Positions 29,527 to 39,297 of a stretch of 64,000 nucleotides of DNA are shown here, in pieces. Under the pieces are notes generated by a model. That model ran no database searches. It was not told the DNA's origin and saw only the letters and a list, made by a program, of their open reading frames with translations. Every line of letters starts with the position of its first letter. Within the stretch, counting starts at the first letter, position 1. Position numbers and translations under genes: made by a program. Source of the DNA: Campylobacterota bacterium. Its GTDB lineage: Bacteria > Campylobacterota > Campylobacteria > Campylobacterales > Sulfurimonadaceae. The stretch lies in NCBI GenBank assembly GCA_034661055.1, contig JAYEKO010000015.1, positions 1 to 64,000 on the forward strand, written 5' to 3'.

Positions 29527-29906
29527 TCCAATAAACTTATTATAATACTCCATACAGATTCACTTGCTTTAAGCTTAGATTCAAATGCTTTTTTGGCTCT
29601 TAATTCCCATTTATTTACATGTAAATTATCTCTTTCTTGATTTAAAAAATTCTTTTTTTTGCCCAAAGAGAACTCTTCAAACAGTTGTGCCAAATTCTGC
29701 TTTCTCTGTTTTCGTAAGCCATAGAGGTTTGATTGTGACATACTGGCACTATGAAGCAGTTTCTTTGAGCTACCATCTTTATCAGTAGGTTTGTCAAACA
29801 TGCTAACACCATAGTCAAGCAGTGAATATTTATCATTTTGCAACTCCTCTAAAACAGAGTACCCTATAGATGTTATTCCTAAATCTAAACTCAATATTTT
29901 CTTCAT
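29481..29906 (-). pseudogene. cas9: truncated Cas9 N-terminal fragment (RuvC-I, bridge helix, start of REC); Cas9-like part about 29559-29906
   Basis: MKKILSLDLGITSIGYS (RuvC-I, Asp8), DYGVSMF, LRKQRKQNL helix, WELRAKKAF..KL; tail after residue ~116 reads antisense into the neighbouring gene. Confidence 0.8.
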
Positions 29907-29971
29907 AACAACCTCACAAAAAATAACTTCACTGATTATACGATGAAATAGTTTAGGCTATACTTTCACTT

Positions 29972-30880
29972 ATGAGTTCCATACTTTTTTCGGTCTTAGG
30001 CATTTACATCTTTATAGCCGTTGGCTTTATTGCCAAAATGAGCTTTAAAGAGAAAATTGATGACAAGACTATTACTATTTTATCGGTCTATTTTTTACAG
30101 ATTTTCTTAACCTTCTGGGGACTTCTTAAACGTCCTATTGACAGCTCACTACTCCTTGCCCCGTCACTTTATGCTTTTATTGTCTTTATTGTTCTTGTGG
30201 GCTCAGTTTTGGTGGCTAGACAACTTTTTAATGATCCTAAAGAACGTTCCATTGCCACAGTAGCAGCACTCATTGGAAACACCGGAAATCTTGGCATTCC
30301 TTTAGGTATTGCGCTCTTTGGGGAGCAGAGCATTCCCTACACCACCATTATTAACCTAGTCAATGTCTTTATTGTCTACACAGTTGGAGTCTATTTCTAC
30401 TCTCGTGGTGAGTTTGATGTTAAGTCATCACTTTTAAACATTGTTAAGCTTCCAATTTTATGGGCAGCGCTCATTGCCATTTTACTAAATTTTTATGGCT
30501 ATGTACCATCAGATGTCATAGATAAAACGCTACAGATGGGAGCTTACGCTTCAATGGTGCTACAGCTAGTCCTTTTTGGAATCTATCTCTACGGCACAAA
30601 AATACATGTAATTAACAGAACTCTTATTGCGTGGGTAAGTGGCGTCAAGTTTATTGTGCTTCCTCTTGTAGCCTATGCAATATTAAGTCTCTTTAGTATT
30701 GATCCCATGATTAAAAGTATTCTATTTTTAGAACTTATTGTCCCTCTTGCTGTGGCAAATGTAAATCTAGGCTCGCTGTATGAGTGCCGACCAAAAGACA
30801 TTACTGCTCTAGTATTCATCACATCATTACTCTTTTTAGCTATTATTTTCATAGCAATTAAAATTATGAAAACATTTTAA
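29972..30880 (+). CDS. AEC (auxin efflux carrier) family transporter
   Basis: GNTGNLGIPLG motif, about 10 TM. Confidence 0.88.
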   Translation: MSSILFSVLGIYIFIAVGFIAKMSFKEKIDDKTITILSVYFLQIFLTFWGLLKRPIDSSLLLAPSLYAFIVFIVLVGSVLVARQLFNDPKERSIATVAALIGNTGNLGIPLGIALFGEQSIPYTTIINLVNVFIVYTVGVYFYSRGEFDVKSSLLNIVKLPILWAALIAILLNFYGYVPSDVIDKTLQMGAYASMVLQLVLFGIYLYGTKIHVINRTLIAWVSGVKFIVLPLVAYAILSLFSIDPMIKSILFLELIVPLAVANVNLGSLYECRPKDITALVFITSLLFLAIIFIAIKIMKTF

Positions 30881-30883
30881 AGG

Positions 30884-31243
30884 ATGCCCATGGCATTTGA
30901 ACTTACTGATGAAAACTATGTTACAACCGTTGAAGACACTAAGGTAGCGATGTTTATTGACTTTTACTCTCCCACTTGCGGCCCCTGCCAAGAGATACAG
31001 CCTCTAATGGATCTTTTAGAAGCCTACTTTGGAGATCGGGCATTAATCTGTAAAGTCAATGTACAGCAGAACCCAAAACTTGCTAAAAAATATGAAATTA
31101 AAAGTGTACCGTTTTGTGTCAGTGTCGGTGAAGACAAGATGATTAAAGATTATGAACTTGGAGCAGGTTCTATTGACCGGTACATACGAATGGTTGAAAA
31201 AGCAATTGGCGAAAAAGGCTTTTTTAGACGCATGTTTGGATAG
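30884..31243 (+). CDS. thioredoxin family protein
   Basis: DFYSPTCGPC, IKSVP. Confidence 0.9.
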   Translation: MPMAFELTDENYVTTVEDTKVAMFIDFYSPTCGPCQEIQPLMDLLEAYFGDRALICKVNVQQNPKLAKKYEIKSVPFCVSVGEDKMIKDYELGAGSIDRYIRMVEKAIGEKGFFRRMFG

Positions 31244-31245
31244 CA

Positions 31246-32748
31246 ATGCAGACATTAGACTTCTCTCAATCCATCCTTATCGCTCCAAAAATCTACTGGA
31301 TTGGAATGTACCTTGAAAATGACCCCTTCCAGTGTCATCCTTACCTTATTGAAAATGGAAACGAATCTATTTTAGTCGATCCGGGCAGTATGCTAGAATT
31401 TGATGCCGTCGTTAAAAAAGTCAACTCCATTACTAATCTTGGCAATATTAAATACATTATTTTACATCATCAAGACCCTGACCTCTGTGCTTCGGTTCCT
31501 GATTTAGAGAAGCTCATTAATCGAGACGACCTGCAAATTATTACTCACTCTCGTATGACACCACTGATTAAGCACTATTTAACTACCTCTAGCTATTATG
31601 AGATTGATAAACACGAGCTAGAACTTATAACACAAAACGGTTATACGCTAGAGTTTTTAACCACACCATACTGCCACTCTCCTGGTGCTTTTGTAAGTTA
31701 TGATCCCGCTAGCAGTGTGTTATTCTCAGGTGATATTTTTGGTGGTATTGATGAGTCATGGGAGTTTTTTGCAAAGGATGACTATTTTGAAAAGGCCAAA
31801 CAGTTTCATGCCGAGTATATGCCAAGTAAAGATATCTTTAACTACGCTCTAAAAAAAATCGAAGCCCTTAACTTAGAACTCATCGCACCTCAGCACGGCT
31901 CAATTATTCAAAAACCATACATTTCCGGTTTAATCGCTCAGATGAAAAACTTAGATTGCGGGCTCTATATTGAAGAGAAATACAATAGTGAACTCTTAAA
32001 TACAATTGAAGAACTCAAAGCTAAAGACCTTGCTCTAAAAGAGCGTGAGACCCTGCTGTTTCAGCAGTCTAAAATGGCAGCAATGGGAGAGATGATTGGC
32101 AATATTGCACACCAGTGGAGACAACCCCTTGCCATTGTCAACACGCTTATTGCCATCTCAAAAGAGAAAAATAATTACGACATGTTGGAAAAAGATGATC
32201 TTACATGTAAATTGGCTGAGATGGAAAAGAATATCGCCTATATGTCCAGCACTATTGAAGACTTTATGGACTTTTTTAAACCAAACAAAGAGAAACGTCC
32301 CTTTAGTGTTCGCAAGGCTGTCACTCAAGCTCTTGAGGTGCTCTATCCAAGCATTAAGAAATATGGAGTTGAGATTAGAGTCAATGGAGACCACTCTTTA
32401 GTAGTTAACGGCTACATTAATGAGTATATCCAAGCTGTAATATCTATTCTCTCCAATGCAAAAGATGCCCTCATAGAAAATGATGTTACAACGCCATGTA
32501 TTACTATCGATTTTTTTATTAACGAAAGTCGTGCCATATTAGAGATTTCAGATAATGCTGGCGGCATTGACAGTAAAATTATAGATCGTATTTTTGAACC
32601 CTATTTTACAACAAAGCATCAATCCATAGGAACAGGCCTAGGGCTCTACATAGCTAAAATGATTATTGAAGGCAGTATGGATGGTAGCATTGAAGCTAAA
32701 AACATTGAAAATGGCGCAAAATTTTGTATAGGAGTTGCACTTGCATAA
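31246..32748 (+). CDS. histidine kinase with N-terminal metallo-beta-lactamase-fold di-iron (ODP-like) sensor
   Basis: LVDPG, HHQDPDLC, HSPG, FSGD, APQHG; IAHQWRQP, DNAGG, GTGLGL. Confidence 0.88.
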   Translation: MQTLDFSQSILIAPKIYWIGMYLENDPFQCHPYLIENGNESILVDPGSMLEFDAVVKKVNSITNLGNIKYIILHHQDPDLCASVPDLEKLINRDDLQIITHSRMTPLIKHYLTTSSYYEIDKHELELITQNGYTLEFLTTPYCHSPGAFVSYDPASSVLFSGDIFGGIDESWEFFAKDDYFEKAKQFHAEYMPSKDIFNYALKKIEALNLELIAPQHGSIIQKPYISGLIAQMKNLDCGLYIEEKYNSELLNTIEELKAKDLALKERETLLFQQSKMAAMGEMIGNIAHQWRQPLAIVNTLIAISKEKNNYDMLEKDDLTCKLAEMEKNIAYMSSTIEDFMDFFKPNKEKRPFSVRKAVTQALEVLYPSIKKYGVEIRVNGDHSLVVNGYINEYIQAVISILSNAKDALIENDVTTPCITIDFFINESRAILEISDNAGGIDSKIIDRIFEPYFTTKHQSIGTGLGLYIAKMIIEGSMDGSIEAKNIENGAKFCIGVALA

Positions 32749-33427
32749 AAAAATTGAACACATCTCAGTCTTAATTGCTGAAGATGAAGAGGAGTTACGA
32801 AAATATTTTGTAGAGTATCTACAGATATTTTTTGAGACTGTTTACGCGGCTAGAGATGGAAAAGAAGCACTTAAAATTTACAAAGAGAGACAACCTGACA
32901 TTATAGTTGCTGATATTAACATGCCTAATATGGATGGATTAACACTAATTGAGACAATTCGAAAAGACGACAAAACTACTAAGATGGTTATTGCTACCGC
33001 GCACTCTGAAAAAGACAAACTCCTTCGGGCAATTGAGCTTCATCTTGCACGCTATCTTGTTAAGCCCATCAATAGTGATGAACTAAAAGAGCTACTCTTT
33101 AGCCTAGTCCAAGAGATTGAAAATGAGAAACGTATTATTTTTCTTAAAGATGGTTACAGATGGGACTTAAAACTTAAAACACTACAAAAAGACGGCATGA
33201 ATGTTCACCTTACCAAAAAAGAGCAGCAACTTCTTGATGTGATGCTAAATCGTCCTAACAGAAGTATTTCAAATGAAGATCTCTATTATACGCTCTATGC
33301 CGATAGCCCTGAAAAAGAGTTCAGCCTCAATGCTATTACCTCTTTAATAAAGCGTCTTCGCACTAAGCTACCTGAAAATACGCTTGATAGCAATTATGGC
33401 GTAGGTTATATTATTCATACGCAATAG
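32735..33427 (+). CDS. OmpR-type response regulator
   Basis: AEDE, DINMP, TA, KP; winged helix LIKRLR..YGVGY. Confidence 0.92.
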   Translation: MHLHKKIEHISVLIAEDEEELRKYFVEYLQIFFETVYAARDGKEALKIYKERQPDIIVADINMPNMDGLTLIETIRKDDKTTKMVIATAHSEKDKLLRAIELHLARYLVKPINSDELKELLFSLVQEIENEKRIIFLKDGYRWDLKLKTLQKDGMNVHLTKKEQQLLDVMLNRPNRSISNEDLYYTLYADSPEKEFSLNAITSLIKRLRTKLPENTLDSNYGVGYIIHTQ

Positions 33428-33466
33428 GAGAGTAAGTTATATATTTCCTAAAAAGAATTTCATTTT

Positions 33467-33498
33467 TGACATAATATGACAAACTCTTTTCCTACAAT
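33467..33498 (+). promoter_or_regulatory. nrdD promoter with TGACA-N5-TGACA direct repeat
   Basis: TGACATAATATGACA 33467-33481; -10 TACAAT 33493-33498. Confidence 0.55.
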
Positions 33499-33504
33499 TC
33501 TCCT

Positions 33505-33690
33505 GTGTGTGTTATGTCAAAAGTTCAGTTAACCAGAACCTAGATATAAAAGCCTTATGATTCAAAGCATCTGTACTTTTGCAGAGTTATCTAAAAAGGT
33601 TGACTGATTTTTAATATACATGTAAAACCTTGCGAGGTCTGCGCGAGGTTTTACATGTATATTTAGCATAACCACACTCTGACATAACAT
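33505..33690 (+). ncRNA. candidate structured 5' leader RNA of nrdD
   Basis: Nested helices 33510-19/33680-89, 33525-34/33598-607, 33541-46/33588-93, 33570-75/33580-85 and 22-bp hairpin 33613-33663; several G-U pairs. Confidence 0.6.
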
Positions 33691-33716
33691 TCGTACTTTA
33701 TCCAATAGGAGAGGCA

Positions 33717-35828
33717 ATGTTAACCACCATACTCAAACGAGACGGCACATCTCAAGACTTTACACCCTACAAGATTGAAGACGCAATACGTAAAGCGTTT
33801 AAAAGCGAATCCACACCTTATGATAATGCAGTTTATGTTGATGTCATTACTACATTAAAAGAACGACGTGTTATAGCAGTTGAAGATGTTCAAGACCTCA
33901 TTGAGCAAGCACTTTTTAAAGCACGTTACTTTGATGTTATGAAATCATTTCTACTATATCGCCATACTCACAAAATGCAGAGAGAGCATCAATTAGGTTT
34001 TAATGAAGACACCACCTACATTAATGCAACGCAGACCATTGAGGAATACATTAGCGGTAGTGACTGGCGTATTAAAGCCAACTCCAACACAGGCTACTCC
34101 AATGCAGGACTTGTCAATAACACCGCAGGAAAAGTCATTGCTAACTACTGGTTAGATAAAGTTTACTCTAAAGAAGAGGGCTATGCCCACCGAAATGGAG
34201 ACTACCATATTCATGACTTGGATTGTTTAACGGGTTATTGTGCAGGCTGGAGCTTGCGAGTACTCTTAGATGAGGGTTTTAATGGCGTACGAGGCAGAGT
34301 GGAGTCTAACGCGCCCAACCATTTTCGTGAAGCTTTGGGACAGATGGCAAATTTTTTGGGAATACTTCAAAGTGAGTGGGCGGGAGCACAGGCATTTAGC
34401 TCATTTGACACCTATTTAGCTCCCTATCTCTTTAAAGATCAACTTGAATATAAAGAGGTAAAAAAAGCGATTCGTAGTTTTATCTACAACCTCAATGTAC
34501 CAGCACGCTGGGGGCAGAGTCCTTTTACCAACATTACTATTGACTGGACAGTTCCAAGTGATTTAAAAGAGCAGACCCCAACTCGTAATCAAAAACACCT
34601 TTTTAAAGGTATTGATGATGCAACACTACAGCATCAAGCAGTAGCCCGAGGTGCATCATCACTTGAGTCAATGACGTATGAGCACTTTCAAAAAGAGATG
34701 AATCTCATTAACAGAGCCTATTATGAGATTATGACTGAGGGCGATAAGAGCGGTCAACCTTTTACCTTTCCAATTCCAACTGTAAATATTACGGAAGATT
34801 TTGACTGGCATGGTGAAAATACCGATATTCTCTTTGAAAATACTGCTAAAATCGGCTCATCCTATTTTCAGAATTTTATTGGCTCTCAATTTATGAGAAA
34901 TAATGACGGTAACTTAGTGGAAAATCCAGATGCCTATAAACCAGGACACGTACGCAGTATGTGTTGTCGTCTTCAACTTGATCTTCGTGAGCTTCTAAAA
35001 CGAGGTGGCGGACTTTTTGGTAGTGCCGAAATGACAGGAAGTATTGGTGTTGTGACCATTAATATGGCACGACTTGGGTATCTATACGCCAACAGTAGAG
35101 ATGAACTCTTTAAAGAACTTGACCGTCTTATGGGGTTAGCAAAATCAACATTAGAGAAGAAGCGTCTTTTTATAGAGAGCATGTATGAGCGTGGACTTTT
35201 CCCTTATACGGCACGTTATCTTCACCATTTTAACAACCATTTCTCCACCATTGGAGTCAACGGTATTAATGAGATGATTCGAAATTTCACTAAAGATACG
35301 CAAGATATTTCAAGTCGTGAGGGGATGCAGTTTGCCGTAGAGGTACTAGAACACATGAGAGCGCGAATGGTAGAGTTTCAAGAAGCTACAGGAAATCTTT
35401 ACAACCTTGAAGCAACCCCGGCTGAGGGAACAACCTACCGTTTTGCCAAAGAAGATCGAAAACGATTTCCATCAATTTTACAGGCAGGTTTTGGTGAGAA
35501 TATCTACTACACCAACTCATCACAACTCCCCGCAGACCTCACTGATGACCCATTTGAAGCACTGACACTCCAAGATGAGTTACAGTGTAAATATACGGGT
35601 GGCACGGTACTGCATATGTACATGAAAGAACGTATCAGCTCCGTAGAGTCTTGCCGAAAGTTAGTTAAAAACATCATTACCAACTTTAGACTGCCTTACA
35701 TTACTATTACCCCGCTATTTTCTACATGTGAAAAACATGGGTACTTAGCTGGTGAACACGAGTTCTGTCCAAAATGTGATGAAGAACTTATACAATCTTA
35801 TTTAGAGGAAGAGAAACATGTCTCATAA
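33717..35828 (+). CDS. nrdD: anaerobic (class III) ribonucleotide reductase, large chain with ATP cone, lacking the glycyl-radical C-terminus
   Basis: ILKRDG ATP cone; HIHDL, GYC, SMCCRL, EATPAE, YYTNS, YTGG; ends at CEKHG..CPKC. Confidence 0.93.
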   Translation: MLTTILKRDGTSQDFTPYKIEDAIRKAFKSESTPYDNAVYVDVITTLKERRVIAVEDVQDLIEQALFKARYFDVMKSFLLYRHTHKMQREHQLGFNEDTTYINATQTIEEYISGSDWRIKANSNTGYSNAGLVNNTAGKVIANYWLDKVYSKEEGYAHRNGDYHIHDLDCLTGYCAGWSLRVLLDEGFNGVRGRVESNAPNHFREALGQMANFLGILQSEWAGAQAFSSFDTYLAPYLFKDQLEYKEVKKAIRSFIYNLNVPARWGQSPFTNITIDWTVPSDLKEQTPTRNQKHLFKGIDDATLQHQAVARGASSLESMTYEHFQKEMNLINRAYYEIMTEGDKSGQPFTFPIPTVNITEDFDWHGENTDILFENTAKIGSSYFQNFIGSQFMRNNDGNLVENPDAYKPGHVRSMCCRLQLDLRELLKRGGGLFGSAEMTGSIGVVTINMARLGYLYANSRDELFKELDRLMGLAKSTLEKKRLFIESMYERGLFPYTARYLHHFNNHFSTIGVNGINEMIRNFTKDTQDISSREGMQFAVEVLEHMRARMVEFQEATGNLYNLEATPAEGTTYRFAKEDRKRFPSILQAGFGENIYYTNSSQLPADLTDDPFEALTLQDELQCKYTGGTVLHMYMKERISSVESCRKLVKNIITNFRLPYITITPLFSTCEKHGYLAGEHEFCPKCDEELIQSYLEEEKHVS

Positions 35829-35979
35829 AGAAATATTAAAAAAAGTCCAAGATCAACGAAAACGTTGTGTTGTTTACACTAGAGTTATGGGCTATCATAG
35901 ACCCGTAGAGAGTTTTAACATTGGTAAAAAAGGTGAACACCAAGAGCGTAAACAGTTTAAAGAGAACTGTGCAGCCTAA
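35818..35979 (+). CDS. separately encoded NrdD glycyl-radical C-terminal peptide (53 aa); missed by ORF track
   Basis: MSHKEILKKVQDQRKRCVVYTRVMGYHRPVESFNIGKKGEHQER..*; GAGGA RBS; overlaps nrdD stop. Confidence 0.9.
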   Translation: MSHKEILKKVQDQRKRCVVYTRVMGYHRPVESFNIGKKGEHQERKQFKENCAA

Positions 35980-36649
35980 AAAGCCTCTCTATGACATTAC
36001 ACCGTTTAGCACGTTAGATTATCCTGATCATCTTGCAGCTATCTTCTGGTTTGCAGGGTGTAATATGCGGTGTGACTACTGTTATAACGCTAATATTGTC
36101 TTTAGTAAAGGTTCTCTTAGTGCTGATGATGCGCTAACATTTTTAAAACAGCGAACAGGACTGCTCGATGCAGTCGTACTCTCTGGTGGTGAAGCAACAC
36201 TTTTTGAAAACATTATAGAGCTTGCTCAACAGATTAAAGAGCTTGGTTTTAAAATTAAACTTGACACTAACGGAACTGCTCCAAAAGTAGTTGAGACTCT
36301 GCTAAAAAAAGAGCTCATTGATTATATTGCGTTAGACTACAAAGCTCCCAAACAGAAGTTTTCTACTATCACTCATAATCAGCAGTTTACATTTTTTAAT
36401 TATACGCTTGAACTTCTCATTAATTCAGAGACTCCATTTGAAGTAAGAACGACACTTCATTCGGATCTATTAAATGAGTGCGATATTAACTCTATTATTG
36501 AAGATTTATATGCTAAAGGCTATCGAAATAGTTACTATATTCAAAACTTTTTGTATGATGAAAATACTATAGGAAAACTAAGTACTCCAACAAAAGGTTT
36601 TGATAAAAATAGACTGAACTCACTTTTACATGTAGAATTTCGAAACTAA
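35969..36649 (+). CDS. nrdG: anaerobic RNR activating radical-SAM enzyme
   Basis: DYPDHLA, GCNMRCDYCYN, LSGGE, KLDTNG; probable GTG start 35969. Confidence 0.92.
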   Translation: MQPKKPLYDITPFSTLDYPDHLAAIFWFAGCNMRCDYCYNANIVFSKGSLSADDALTFLKQRTGLLDAVVLSGGEATLFENIIELAQQIKELGFKIKLDTNGTAPKVVETLLKKELIDYIALDYKAPKQKFSTITHNQQFTFFNYTLELLINSETPFEVRTTLHSDLLNECDINSIIEDLYAKGYRNSYYIQNFLYDENTIGKLSTPTKGFDKNRLNSLLHVEFRN

Positions 36650-37053
36650 AAAGCCAAGCTTATTAAATAGTAACGTCCCACTCTTAACGACCCAACTACT
36701 GCAATAAACCATACCACGTTTAATCTGGCCATACCAGCAACAATAGTCAACGGATCACCAATAATGGGTAAAACAGTAAGGGGTAGTGCTGCATAGCCAT
36801 AACGGTGTACCCAATCTAAAGATATTTTCCCAACCTTTGAAAACTCTAGCTTAGTATGCATTTTTTCATAAAGCCAAAAGCCTAAAAAATAATTTACAAT
36901 AACCGCAAATACATTTCCCAACGAAGCACTAATTAGTGCTAAAACAACATTCATATCAGAGGTTAGTGCAGCAATAAAAGCCGCTTCAGAGCTAAAAGGA
37001 AGAATGGTTGCTGCTAAAAAAGCAGCGAAAAAAAGAGCAGTGGCCTCAACCAT
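36646..37053 (-). CDS. YqaA/DedA-family membrane protein
   Basis: AFLAATILPFSSE, LPIIGDPL. Confidence 0.88.
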   Translation of the reverse strand: MVEATALFFAAFLAATILPFSSEAAFIAALTSDMNVVLALISASLGNVFAVIVNYFLGFWLYEKMHTKLEFSKVGKISLDWVHRYGYAALPLTVLPIIGDPLTIVAGMARLNVVWFIAVVGSLRVGRYYLISLAF

Positions 37054-37975
37054 CTATGAAAGTTTTAATATTCTCTACAATCTTTGCAATAAGTGAGTCA
37101 CGTGCTTCAACAGATGTCCATGCAATATGTGGAGTGATGTAAAGTGCCTCTTGGTTTTTTACATGTAAAAGTGGATGATTCTCTTTCATAGGCTCAACCT
37201 CTAAAACATCAAGCCCCACTTTAATATCTTTTACATCAATAATTCGTGACAATGCCTCTTCATCAACTATTCCGCCACGACCAAGATTAAGTAAAATAGC
37301 ACCATCTTTAAGTTGCAGAAGTTCTGATTGAGAGATAAGCCCTTTAGTGTTAGTGTTAAGTGGTGCATGAATGGTAATGATGTCACACGTCTCAAGCATA
37401 CTGCTTAAACCAACTTTAGGGTACGTGCTATCGTTATTTTTATATGACGTTGAATAGTAACAGACCTCAGCACCAAAAGCAGTAGCGACGTTAGCCACCC
37501 CTTTACCAATCTCACCTAAACCGATAATACCCCATTTTTTACCTTTTACCTCAAAAAATGGCTTATCCACATGAGTAAAAATTGGACTCTTTGCCCATGA
37601 TCCCTCTTTTACATAGTTGTCGTAATAACCTGAACTTCCTGCTAAATAAAAGAGCATTGAAAAGGTGTGCTGAATCACCGACTGTGTTGAGTACCCTGCT
37701 ACATTTTTTACTTCAATATTTTGAGAAGAGGCCGCATCTAAATCTACATTATTCATACCGGTAGCGGCCACACAGATGAGCTTTAGATTTTTACATGTAA
37801 TCATCATCTCTGCAGTTATAACTACTTTGTTAGTTACAATAACATCAGCATTAACAATACGCTCTTGTGTCTCACCGGCAGTTGTTGTCTGAAAAATCTC
37901 TACACTACCAAACTGCTCAAATGCACTAATATCAGTTTCGCCAAATGTGGCTGCATCTAAAATAACAATTTTCAT
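37046..37975 (-). CDS. D-2-hydroxyacid dehydrogenase
   Basis: ATGMNNVD, GIIGLGEIG, NLGRGG, DVLEVEP, TPHIAW. Confidence 0.92.
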   Translation of the reverse strand: MKIVILDAATFGETDISAFEQFGSVEIFQTTTAGETQERIVNADVIVTNKVVITAEMMITCKNLKLICVAATGMNNVDLDAASSQNIEVKNVAGYSTQSVIQHTFSMLFYLAGSSGYYDNYVKEGSWAKSPIFTHVDKPFFEVKGKKWGIIGLGEIGKGVANVATAFGAEVCYYSTSYKNNDSTYPKVGLSSMLETCDIITIHAPLNTNTKGLISQSELLQLKDGAILLNLGRGGIVDEEALSRIIDVKDIKVGLDVLEVEPMKENHPLLHVKNQEALYITPHIAWTSVEARDSLIAKIVENIKTFIDG

Positions 37976-39138
37976 TATACGTCTTTTATTTTTTTAATAA
38001 GCTCTTTAGATTGCGCCAAAGCACTCTCAACTTCATCAAACACAAGCGCTACAGCCAATCTACGTCCTACATGGGCTTCTGGTTTTGAGAAGACTCTCAC
38101 ATAGCTATTATCGCTAAAGAGTGAATCATCTACTTCTACCACTGGGGCCTGAGAACTCACTTCTGATTTAAAGGCAGCACTCGCACCATCACCATAGAAT
38201 GTAAAGCCTAACGGAAGTCCAAGAACTGCACGAACATGAAGCGCAAACTCACTCTGACTCTGAGTAATGAGTGTTACCATTCCTGTATCGTGTGGGCGTG
38301 GGCTGAGTTCTGAGAAATAGACTTCATCACCACAAACAAACATCTCTACACCAAAAAGGCCACTACCTCCAAGTCCATCAGTTACGGTTTTAGCCATAAC
38401 TTGTGCGCGATCTTTTGCAATGTCACTCATCTGCATCGGCTGCCAGCTAAAAACATAGTCTCCATCTTTTTGGATGTGTCCAATAGGCTCACAAAAGACC
38501 GTCTCTTTCTCATTTCGAACCGTTAACAGTGTAATCTCATAGTCAAATTTAATAAAAGCTTCTACAATCAACTCACTAGCATCACCGCGAGCCTCTTTTG
38601 CAATTTCCCATGATGCTGCCAAGTCATCAGTGCTTTTTGCCACACTCTGACCATGACCAGAACTACTCATAACCGGTTTAATAACACAAGGAAAATCTAA
38701 TCTATCTGCAGCGCTACAGAGCTCTTCATAAGTAGATACAAACTCATAACCACCTGTTTTAACCCCTAACTCTTCTGCTGCAAAACGTCGAATATTTTTA
38801 CGGTTCATTGTTTTATTTACCGCTTCAGCATTAGGAATAACATTAAACCCCTCTGCCTCTGCTTTAAAAAGAGCATCTATACTAATGGCTTCAATCTCTG
38901 GCAGAATATAATCAGGTTTTTCATGACGAATAATCTCTAAAATTGCTTCACAGTCTTGCATATTGACTACATGAGAACGGTTAGCCACTAAATGAGCTGG
39001 AGCATTTTCATAACGGTCAACTGCGATGACTTCAAGACCGAGACGCTGTGCCTCAATGGCAACCTCTTTTCCAAGCTCTCCTGAGCCTAAAAGCATAATC
39101 CGTTTTGAGTTACTTTTTAATGGTGCTGAAAATTGCAT
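37975..39138 (-). CDS. purT: formate-dependent phosphoribosylglycinamide formyltransferase
   Basis: [30 protein letters not shown]. Confidence 0.96.
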   Translation of the reverse strand: MQFSAPLKSNSKRIMLLGSGELGKEVAIEAQRLGLEVIAVDRYENAPAHLVANRSHVVNMQDCEAILEIIRHEKPDYILPEIEAISIDALFKAEAEGFNVIPNAEAVNKTMNRKNIRRFAAEELGVKTGGYEFVSTYEELCSAADRLDFPCVIKPVMSSSGHGQSVAKSTDDLAASWEIAKEARGDASELIVEAFIKFDYEITLLTVRNEKETVFCEPIGHIQKDGDYVFSWQPMQMSDIAKDRAQVMAKTVTDGLGGSGLFGVEMFVCGDEVYFSELSPRPHDTGMVTLITQSQSEFALHVRAVLGLPLGFTFYGDGASAAFKSEVSSQAPVVEVDDSLFSDNSYVRVFSKPEAHVGRRLAVALVFDEVESALAQSKELIKKIKDV

Positions 39139-39297
39139 ACCTGTCCTTGTAAAATATAAGTTTGTAATTATATCGAGGAATCTTTAAAGGATTACTTTTA
39201 ATTTCTACCTCTTTTCTTACGTTTTTTTTTGATTATATAGATAATTTATAATATATAATATATAATTGTTAGTATTAGACTATCACTAGGAGTTCCC

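Noticed and set aside
29400..30000. CRISPR array, tracrRNA or cas1/cas2 near the cas9 fragment
   Set aside because: No repeat-spacer periodicity; flanks are fully occupied by IscU-like and AEC genes
33505..33690. Cobalamin riboswitch upstream of nrdD
   Set aside because: No GGGAA core or B12-box GCCACTG motif
33717..35979. nrdD as a frameshifted pseudogene
   Set aside because: The small ORF has its own RBS, ATG and distinct N-terminus, consistent with a genuine split
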